The position numbers and the translations under genes were made by a program. Under the pieces are notes generated by a model. It was not told the origin of the DNA and searched no databases. It saw only the letters and a list, made by a program, of their open reading frames with translations. DNA of 19,381 nucleotides from a virus (lineage: Duplodnaviria > Heunggongvirae > Uroviricota > Caudoviricetes), in IMG/VR virus record IMGVR_UViG_2861069343_000003, positions 1-19,381 of that record. One strand, given 5' to 3'. Every line of letters starts with the position of its first letter. Position 1 is the first letter of the stretch. Below, piece by piece: positions 1 to 6,771 of this stretch.

Positions 1-552
1 ATGCATGACAATATTTGGTTTACATATAAAGCACGTATCCAAGCGCACCATCGACTAGAATGGCTTGAAAAACACTCTCAATTTATCCTCGTTTGGTATG
101 CTATATTGAGTGCGGTACTTTCAATTGTAACGTTGCGATTTCCAAAGGTTCTAGGAGATAATACAGATATCGTTGCGGCGATACTTTCAGTGGCTCTACT
201 GGGTATTTCTCTGATCGTATCTAACCTAGATTTTCGTGGTCGAGCAATAGCTATGAGAAGGAATTATATTGCACTACAGCGACTCTATTTTGACATTACC
301 ACCAGTCAACAGTTATCTCTTGAACAGAAAGAAAAATATTTTAATTTGCTCAATGAGGTTGAGAATCACCGTGACATAGATGATAAAATTTCAAGGGTAA
401 CTCAAGTTGGACTTAAGACGAGGATCCCCACACAAAAAGAAAAAATAATTGTTATTTTATGGATATTACTTCGAATATTTATTACTGCCGCACTTTATAT
501 ACTCCCATTAATATATCTTTGGATTGACTATGACTGCAAGCAGAATTTTTAA
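1..552 (+). CDS. Small multi-pass membrane protein (183 aa), possibly SLATT-like; candidate effector partner of the downstream reverse transcriptase
   Basis: ORF starts at the first base of the window, so the true start may lie upstream. Three hydrophobic helices by eye (FILVWYAILSAVLSIVTL, IVAAILSVALLGISLIVSNL, IIVILWILLRIFITAALYILPLIYLWI) flank a charged helical segment. The 3' end overlaps the RT start by about 25 nt in another frame, suggesting translational coupling. AT-rich. Confidence 0.6.
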   Translation: MHDNIWFTYKARIQAHHRLEWLEKHSQFILVWYAILSAVLSIVTLRFPKVLGDNTDIVAAILSVALLGISLIVSNLDFRGRAIAMRRNYIALQRLYFDITTSQQLSLEQKEKYFNLLNEVENHRDIDDKISRVTQVGLKTRIPTQKEKIIVILWILLRIFITAALYILPLIYLWIDYDCKQNF

Positions 553-1900
553 AAAGTCATTCTCGAAAAAAAACCTTCTAAAAGTATACTCTGAAAAAAT
601 CAAAGAATCAGGAGCGATTGGCATAGATCGGATTCGCCCATCAAAACTTGATTTGACAATAAAAAATGAGATCACTTTCATTTTTGAAAAGGTTAATTCT
701 GGCAATTACAAATTTACAGCATATAAAGAAAAATTAATATCTAAAGGCGCTAACTCTACACCCAGACAGATTTCCATACCAACTGCTAGGGACAGAATTA
801 CTCTTAGAGCTCTCTGTGAATGCCTTACGGAAATATATCCTAAGTCCAGATTAAAACTACCACATACAGTAATTGACTCATTGAAAGAAGCATTAAACAA
901 CAGTCTATATGCTGAATATGCAAAAATAGATCTTAAAAGTTTCTATCCTTCAATTGAACATAAATTGATAATTAATGCAATAAAAAATAAAATTAGAAAA
1001 AAAGAAATTAGACAGTTAATAACATCATCATTAATCGTGCCTACTGTAAGTGGAACCACAGGAAGCAAAGGTATCCCTAATAATACCAGAGGAGTACCTC
1101 AGGGATTAGCGATATCAAACATTTTAGCTGAAATATCACTATCTAATTTCGATGATGAAATCAATAAAATGCATGACATATGGTACATGCGATACGTTGA
1201 TGACATTCTTATTTTAACACCAAAATATCAAGCAACAAAAATAGCTTCTCATATCATTGATAAGCTTCAATCATTAAATTTAAACCCACATCCATTAAAT
1301 GAAGAGAACTCAAAATCCAAAGTAGGCAGTTTGGATGAAAGTTTTAACTTTTTGGGATACCACATAGAAAATCGAGAATTATTGATAAAACATGAGAGCA
1401 TTCTTAGATTTGAGTCATCCTTAGCAAAAATTTTTACTGCATATAGGCACGCTCTACTACAAGCTAAAAGTAAGCGTGATAAAGAACGAGCTGTTGCATA
1501 TTGTCAGTGGAAACTAAATCTCAGAATTACGGGATGTGTGTTTGAAGGTAAACGATTGGGATGGGTATCGTACTTCTCACAAATAACCTCAACAGCTCAA
1601 CTTCGCTCTGTTAATCATACTATCAATAATCTTATCCGCCGATTCGGCCTTTCATCAGAAATAAAACCAAAATCTTTGATTAAAACTTTCTATGAACTCC
1701 GCAGAGGTAGAGCGGAGACTTTTAAATACATACCTAACTTTGACAATCTACATATATCTCAGAAACGAGAACTTGTTTCTATGTGGATAGGTAAAGAGAA
1801 GGAAAAAAAACTTAGCAATAGTGAAATAGAGAGGAAGTTTAAATTTAAAATTGCGAAATCAGTAAAAGAGCTTGAAGAGGATATTTCAGGAATATCATAG
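524..1900 (+). CDS. Reverse transcriptase, 458 aa (defence-type RT: retron, UG/Abi or DRT-like; subfamily not assignable by eye)
   Basis: RT motifs are visible in the translation: IPTARDRITLRAL (motif 1/2), KIDLKSFYPSIEHKLI (motif A), GVPQGLAISNILAEISL (motif B'), YMRYVDDILIL (YxDD catalytic motif C), FLGYHIEN (motif E). A helical C-terminal extension of about 160 aa follows. Position 524 is a TTG; ATG at 530 is the more likely start. Confidence 0.88.
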   Translation: MTMTASRIFKKSFSKKNLLKVYSEKIKESGAIGIDRIRPSKLDLTIKNEITFIFEKVNSGNYKFTAYKEKLISKGANSTPRQISIPTARDRITLRALCECLTEIYPKSRLKLPHTVIDSLKEALNNSLYAEYAKIDLKSFYPSIEHKLIINAIKNKIRKKEIRQLITSSLIVPTVSGTTGSKGIPNNTRGVPQGLAISNILAEISLSNFDDEINKMHDIWYMRYVDDILILTPKYQATKIASHIIDKLQSLNLNPHPLNEENSKSKVGSLDESFNFLGYHIENRELLIKHESILRFESSLAKIFTAYRHALLQAKSKRDKERAVAYCQWKLNLRITGCVFEGKRLGWVSYFSQITSTAQLRSVNHTINNLIRRFGLSSEIKPKSLIKTFYELRRGRAETFKYIPNFDNLHISQKRELVSMWIGKEKEKKLSNSEIERKFKFKIAKSVKELEEDISGIS

Positions 1901-1963
1901 ATATGTAATCCATTAAGTCATTAAAATATATCGCAATAAACACACTATTTAAACTCACAAACC

Positions 1964-2005
1964 AGCCGCAGTATCCTGCCATGGCAAGTTGCTGCGGCTT
2001 TTTAT
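1964..2005 (+). terminator. Rho-independent terminator downstream of the RT (possibly bidirectional)
   Basis: Perfect 8-bp GC-rich stem AGCCGCAG (1964-1971) pairs with CTGCGGCT (1992-1999). The loop contains the palindrome TGCCATGGCA. The stem is followed by TTTTTAT on the plus strand. This coincides with the composition change from AT-rich cassette to about 50% GC. Confidence 0.55.
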
Positions 2006-2007
2006 GT

Positions 2008-2295
2008 TCAACGGATCAACAGCCAGATCAGAAGACACGCTACCATCGGCACAGCAAAATCCATCAGGCTTGCCACATCCCATGCGCGTGGATCAAAACC
2101 GCCCCACCACGGCATGTTAATCCGCTTGCCATGCCCGAACATTTCAATCCAGCGATATTATGCTTGGGTGTGTTCGCCCGCAATGAAGAACGTACAACTG
2201 GCTATCGCTCCGTAAACCCAGTTTCCGGTAAAAAGCCCCACCAGTATCTGCGCAGCCACAGCACAAAGTGCATGAAGGAAAGGTGTTATACCCAT
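2008..2295 (-). pseudogene. Small hydrophobic ORF interrupted by an in-frame TAA (45 codons, stop, 5 codons, 44 codons); possible disrupted small membrane-protein gene or two micro-ORFs
   Basis: Hand translation of the minus strand gives MGITPFLHALCAVAAQILVGLFTGNWVYGAIASCTFFIAGEHTQA, a stop at 2158-2160, then in the same frame YRWIE-MFGHGKRINMPWWGGFDPRAWDVASLMDFAVPMVACLLIWLLIR. An AGGA Shine-Dalgarno lies 6-8 nt upstream of the ATG at 2293-2295. Below the 60-aa threshold of the ORF track. Confidence 0.25.
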
Positions 2296-2308
2296 TTTCA
2301 TCCTACCC

Positions 2309-2331
2309 AATAAAACGGGGCGCACAGCCCC
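2309..2331 (-). terminator. Putative intrinsic terminator immediately after stf
   Basis: On the minus strand, 6 nt after the stf stop codon: GGGGC, loop UGUGC, GCCCC, followed by GUUUUAUU. Confidence 0.4.
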
Positions 2332-2337
2332 TTAATA

Positions 2338-5300
2338 TTATTTAGAGGCAAGCGCCGCCTCAATTGCAGATAATCTTTGTTTTAATTCTGCGTTTTCTTC
2401 TTCCAGCGAGGTAACGCGATCATCTGTTTCACGGGCGACCTGAACAAGTAAACCCGTCACGGCGGCGTAGTCAACATTAAGATAGCGCGTTTCTTCGCGT
2501 AGCTCGTTGCCGTCAACGGTCGGGCCTTGCAACTCTTCACCGTAATGGATGAATGAACCAACGGCCTCCGGGATGGCCTCTTCAACTTCCTGGGCTATAA
2601 CCCCGGCGCAATGTGCCCCATTCTCCTTGAGCGTGTACGTGTATCCATTAATTTTGCGGATTGCGTCAGTCGCGTTATCGATAATCTCGATATTTTCTTT
2701 CAGTCTGCGGTCTGATGACTGATTCAGTGTGGTGCAGTTAACACTTCCGTTTACAGTAAGGTTTTGCCCGTCTGTTGTTTTTTGCGCATAAAACAGATAC
2801 GCAGCAGACGTGCCAACCTCAAAAACGTTTTGTCGAGTACTGGAACCCCACACCCTGATACTAACTGGTAGTTCTGAATTACCTGAATTAAGTAAAGCAA
2901 AACGATTGCCAGTCCCTGTTTGTTTTCTAATTACTAAATCGGCAGTTGAGTTAACCTCATCTTTGTTGATGGTTAGCGCCTGTGCTGTAGCACCGTTGAC
3001 AGTACCGCTTAGTAGTTGCACCGCGCCATCATCGCCATTTAACAGCACTTGAGCGCTGCTTCTGTGGTTTTTAAGGCACAACATTTTTCCCGTGTTTTTC
3101 GATGTACCTACTGACCACGCCGAATTGGTTCCAGTGCTATCAACACCGCGCACAGCACAATTCATACTACTGTAATCTGACGTACTCCCCAGCACATCAA
3201 CACGCCCGCCGCCTAATTTTGATGGAGTCGTCGAGGTTAACGACCTGACGGTTACATCCTGATTCCATCCTGAAACAACTACCTGACTCCACTCCGTCCA
3301 ACTTCCATTGACAACAAAGCGAACGTATATGCGTTTTGTGTCGCTGCCAATCAGCGTTTGCATGATCGCATAATCTGAACCCGTAGTTTTACGAGTAGAT
3401 TCTACACGTAGCAAAAAGTTACCGCTTACGCCGTCAGGCTTATTGGTAATATATGCACCACCTGCGACAGTTTTGCATTGATAGTATTTAACAGATCCAG
3501 CCACTGTATTAGCAATGATCAAGTCGTTTAAATCAATAGTCTTGTTGTCAATGGTTTCCGGCTCGATAGATCCCGCCATACCTGCGTTAAATGTGGCAAG
3601 GTCAGAAAAGGTTGTTTTACCGCCTACCGTCACCCCGCTATCGAGTTTTGCTTGTGTGATTACTTTGCTGTTTTTTGTGTGGTCAGAATAACTACCAAAA
3701 TACAAATCACCGTCACCAGCTATACCCAGGTATTTTTGATCAACATCATCAACCTTAAACCCAATGGACAAGTTTTTAATTGTGTTGTTGCTCGTTAAAA
3801 CCAAAGGCGTATGCTGAGATCCTTTGATGCTTACCGTAGTGTTATCGGAACTGGTGCTTGTGTTTGCAAATTCTGCGGTGGCTGCGCTGATTTTGTAAGT
3901 TATTTTTAGATTGCGGGCCTCAACCCTCCCGTCGTGGCGAACAATAAAATCACCACTTGATTCACCTTTTGTGTTTTTCGCCCTGATGTGGATTTCGCCA
4001 AGTGATTCGTTGTTTTCAGGCGACCAAACAACGCCGCGCTCGCTTCCGTCGTTGTTCATGAACCACAGATGAGCGGTTCCTTTTGCTGATTTTAGCCTGA
4101 TAGATGGCGTTTCTTTCAATATATCAAGATCACCAGACATAACATCGCCGGATTTTTTCACCTGCGCATCGTTCGTTACGTTGCCAAGTCCAACATCCGA
4201 TTTCGACGGCTTGTTTGCCGAGCCGTATAGCTCATTGACGCTAAAAGTCCCGTTGTTAAGCCGGGCATCGTTGCCGGCATAGATCTTAATCTTCGCGGTT
4301 GAGTAGTCGATATTGATCGCTGACCACGTATCGCCGCACCGCGAGAATATACCAGAACCGTGGCTATAAATGGTCGCCGTGCTTCCGGTCGGCCTATCAC
4401 CGCGCCAGAAATGACCACCTTTGTCACGCAGAGCTTTTAAGATCTCTACATCGCTCATCTTGCCGTTTGTTGATATCCCGCTACCGCCAAGACCGAAAGC
4501 GCCTGTAAGCATAGCATTAGAAAGACCCAAATCTGCTTTAGTCGGCTTGTTTAACTGGTCGTAAATCCTTACAACGGGGCTTTCAACATATCCAGAAGGC
4601 GCGGCGGTTTGCTTAACAAATCCGTCTGGAATGTATAATTCCGGGCGTGCCGTCTGCGCCAGTACCGCAACCTTTGCGCCGTTGATAAATGCGCGCTGGA
4701 AGGCCCAAACCTCAATAAAGCCGTCACCTTTAACCAGGCCGTAACGCATCTGGTTGTTATCGGTCAGCCCGGTTGACCCTAAGCGGCGTATACTCAGATG
4801 ACGAGAAACATTATCCGCACTAAGCAAAGAAGGCAGACCGCGCGCCGAGATCTCGATAAAGTCAATGTTTCCGTAAGGGGAGCCGTAGTTACCAGCGTTA
4901 GTAACCATTAGCGTTACATGGCAATTGCCGCTTCCGGGATCGGAAAGTTTCGCGATCTTTATGTAAAAAGACTCATTACCAGTAACAACGGGCCAATCGT
5001 ATTGCGTCATCGGGCTGACGAGTCCCCCGACCTTGTCGAGATATTCTTTCGCCTTGTTCTCTGACGCTTTAGCGTTGGTTTCGCTGACCTTTGCTGCTGC
5101 CTCACTATTTTTCGCGTTGGTTTCTGATTTTTTGGCTGCTGTCGCGGAGTTTGCCGATGCAGTTTGTGAGTCTGCTGCCGCCTGTGCGCTGTTATCCGCA
5201 TTCGTCTCAGACGTTTTTGCGGCCTTCGCGGAATTTCCTGCTGCCGTTGCCGAGGAAGCTGCACTGCCGGCGCTCGAGGCAGCGCTCGTTTCTGATGATT

Positions 5301-6039
5301 TTGCCGCCACTTTTGAAGCCGACGCATCCCGGGCTGAGGTGGCAGCTTCTGACGCTTTCGTGGTCGCGGTGGATGCAGAAGTGGCCGCAGATTTTTGTGA
5401 TGCTGCGGCATTCGTTTCTGACGTTTTCGCTGCACCGGCACTGGTGGCTGCCGCGCTTTTTGAAGACTCTGCAGCGGCAGCACTTTTTGATGCTTCAGTA
5501 GCCTTTGTTGATGCCGTTCCTGCGCTGGAAGACGCTGACTGAGCCGACGACGCGGCCTGTCCGGCTGACGTGCTGGCTGCGCGTGCGGAGTCCGCAGCAT
5601 CAGTCGCATGGGTTGCCGCCTCACGGGCTGATGTGCGGGCATCACTGGCTGACTTCTTCGCGGCTGCCGTGTTCTGTGCTACTGCGGACGCGTTACGCGC
5701 CACCTCTTCCACCATCAGTTCAAAGCGGCGCAGTGCCTCCGGACGGACATCATCCTCCGTCATGGCACCGAGAAAATCATTCAGCGTACCCGGTTGTGAG
5801 TCTTCATACACGGTGATGGTCCCGGCATGCGATGGCGGGAAGCCTTCCACCAACAGAATAACGCTGTACTGACCGTACTCAACGTCCATGCTGTAACGCC
5901 CGGCTTCATCCGGGTTTTCTGAGGCCACTGTGTTCACCACCACCGTGGTGCTGTTGCGCCTGGCCTTTAGCTGAATGGTGCAGTTTTGTATCGGCTTACC
6001 TGCGCCATCTTTCAGTACACCTGAAATCCGTACTGCCAT
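2338..6039 (-). CDS. stf: Side tail fibre protein (lambda Stf-like, 1233 aa) with Ala/Ser-rich repeat shaft and C-terminal intramolecular chaperone domain
   Basis: N-terminus MAVRISGVLKDGAGKPIQNCTIQLKARRNSTTVVVNTV...YSMDVEYGQYSVIL matches remembered lambda Stf almost residue for residue. The C-terminus carries SDRRLKENIE...NVDYAAVTGLLVQVARE...LEEENAELKQRL, typical of the self-cleaving tail-fibre/endosialidase chaperone domain. Confidence 0.9.
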   Translation of the reverse strand: MAVRISGVLKDGAGKPIQNCTIQLKARRNSTTVVVNTVASENPDEAGRYSMDVEYGQYSVILLVEGFPPSHAGTITVYEDSQPGTLNDFLGAMTEDDVRPEALRRFELMVEEVARNASAVAQNTAAAKKSASDARTSAREAATHATDAADSARAASTSAGQAASSAQSASSSAGTASTKATEASKSAAAAESSKSAAATSAGAAKTSETNAAASQKSAATSASTATTKASEAATSARDASASKVAAKSSETSAASSAGSAASSATAAGNSAKAAKTSETNADNSAQAAADSQTASANSATAAKKSETNAKNSEAAAKVSETNAKASENKAKEYLDKVGGLVSPMTQYDWPVVTGNESFYIKIAKLSDPGSGNCHVTLMVTNAGNYGSPYGNIDFIEISARGLPSLLSADNVSRHLSIRRLGSTGLTDNNQMRYGLVKGDGFIEVWAFQRAFINGAKVAVLAQTARPELYIPDGFVKQTAAPSGYVESPVVRIYDQLNKPTKADLGLSNAMLTGAFGLGGSGISTNGKMSDVEILKALRDKGGHFWRGDRPTGSTATIYSHGSGIFSRCGDTWSAINIDYSTAKIKIYAGNDARLNNGTFSVNELYGSANKPSKSDVGLGNVTNDAQVKKSGDVMSGDLDILKETPSIRLKSAKGTAHLWFMNNDGSERGVVWSPENNESLGEIHIRAKNTKGESSGDFIVRHDGRVEARNLKITYKISAATAEFANTSTSSDNTTVSIKGSQHTPLVLTSNNTIKNLSIGFKVDDVDQKYLGIAGDGDLYFGSYSDHTKNSKVITQAKLDSGVTVGGKTTFSDLATFNAGMAGSIEPETIDNKTIDLNDLIIANTVAGSVKYYQCKTVAGGAYITNKPDGVSGNFLLRVESTRKTTGSDYAIMQTLIGSDTKRIYVRFVVNGSWTEWSQVVVSGWNQDVTVRSLTSTTPSKLGGGRVDVLGSTSDYSSMNCAVRGVDSTGTNSAWSVGTSKNTGKMLCLKNHRSSAQVLLNGDDGAVQLLSGTVNGATAQALTINKDEVNSTADLVIRKQTGTGNRFALLNSGNSELPVSIRVWGSSTRQNVFEVGTSAAYLFYAQKTTDGQNLTVNGSVNCTTLNQSSDRRLKENIEIIDNATDAIRKINGYTYTLKENGAHCAGVIAQEVEEAIPEAVGSFIHYGEELQGPTVDGNELREETRYLNVDYAAVTGLLVQVARETDDRVTSLEEENAELKQRLSAIEAALASK
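5035..5700 (-). repeat. Low-complexity Ala/Ser/Thr-rich repeat region inside stf (iterated KTSETNA / SAAxSA units)
   Basis: Stf residues about 115-335 are runs of A, S, T, K and E with reiterated KTSETNA(x)NS motifs. The region is GC-rich and repetitive and generates five spurious overlapping ORFs on both strands in the track (5007-5872). Confidence 0.6.
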
Positions 6040-6050
6040 ATTCCCCCCAC

Positions 6051-6075
6051 AAAAAAACCCGCCTGAACCGGCGGG
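6051..6075 (-). terminator. Rho-independent terminator between lom and stf
   Basis: Minus strand: CCCGCC (6070-6075) pairs with GGCGGG (6058-6063) with a 6-nt loop, followed by a run of seven U (plus-strand AAAAAAA at 6051-6057), directly upstream of the stf ribosome-binding site. Confidence 0.5.
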
Positions 6076-6103
6076 CTGTCATAACACTGTGTTACCTGGC
6101 TAA

Positions 6104-6703
6104 TCAGAATTTATAACCGACACCCACGATGAAACCGTCAGTGCGCCAGTCACCACTGCCGGAACCTTCATAAGCAATATCAATGGCCACGGATTCGGTC
6201 GGGTTAAACTGCACGCCAGCCCCCCACGCCAGAGACGTGTTGCTGTGGCGACCGTCATCACTTCCGGTCAGCACATCGTGCGTTTTCCCCTTGTTGTCAG
6301 TTACGCGGAGATAATCCCCGGAGAAAGTCGACACACGGCTGTAAGCCACACCCGCCATCGCATACGCGCTGAACCATTCATTCACGCGCACAGACGGCCC
6401 CGCCATCACGCTGAACCAGCGGTTACGCACGGAATCCTCATGCCAGCGGGTATCGCTGTAATGCGTTTTTTGCTCATCTTCAGCGTTGGCATAACTGAAT
6501 GACGTAATCAGCCCCAGCGTGTCCGTAAACTCATAACGGTATTTCACGTTAATCCCGTTCAGATTATCGCTGCCGGGAGCGTTCGTACGGGCATGAAGAT
6601 ACCCTGCGCTCAGTGTGGCCTGCTGCTCAGACGCCCATGCAGGCGCACCGGATACGGCCAGACAGATGGCTGCGGACAAAATGGCTGCACAAACTTTACG
6701 CAT
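6104..6703 (-). CDS. lom: Lom outer-membrane protein (Ail/Lom/PagC family beta-barrel), 199 aa
   Basis: Signal peptide MRKVCAAILSAAICLAVSGAPAWA, then GINVKYRYEFTD...SVMAGP...AYAMAGVAYSR and a C-terminus DIAYEGSGSGDWRTDGFIVGVGYKF that matches remembered lambda Lom. Sits in the lambda position between J and stf. Confidence 0.9.
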   Translation of the reverse strand: MRKVCAAILSAAICLAVSGAPAWASEQQATLSAGYLHARTNAPGSDNLNGINVKYRYEFTDTLGLITSFSYANAEDEQKTHYSDTRWHEDSVRNRWFSVMAGPSVRVNEWFSAYAMAGVAYSRVSTFSGDYLRVTDNKGKTHDVLTGSDDGRHSNTSLAWGAGVQFNPTESVAIDIAYEGSGSGDWRTDGFIVGVGYKF

Positions 6704-6726
6704 AATTACCTCTCGCTTTTCTGCAA

Positions 6727-6751
6727 TAAAAAAGGCGCCAGAAATGGCGCC
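6727..6751 (-). terminator. Rho-independent terminator between J and lom
   Basis: Stem GGCGCCA (6734-6740) pairs with TGGCGCC (6745-6751) around a GAAA loop; on the minus strand it is followed by UUUUUUAUU (plus-strand TAAAAAA at 6727-6733). Confidence 0.5.
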
Positions 6752-6771
6752 CGCATATGGGTTATGAAAAT

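Noticed and set aside
1-1963. Retron-type msr/msd ncRNA associated with the RT
   Set aside because: I looked for long inverted repeats or a structured non-coding stretch adjacent to the RT, but the visible cassette is entirely coding. If an ncRNA exists it is upstream of position 1, outside the window.
1981-2313. 110-aa plus-strand ORF downstream of the RT
   Set aside because: It starts inside the terminator hairpin, has no ribosome-binding site, gives a Cys/His/Pro-rich product without motifs, and is antisense to a better-supported (though interrupted) minus-strand small ORF.
5007-5872. Cluster of five overlapping ORFs on both strands (5007-5645 minus, 5033-5542 plus, 5091-5501 plus, 5505-5816 plus, 5570-5872 plus)
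   Set aside because: All fall inside the Ala/Ser-rich repeat region of stf. Repetitive GC-rich sequence lacks stop codons in several frames. The products are low-complexity and overlap a well-supported gene.
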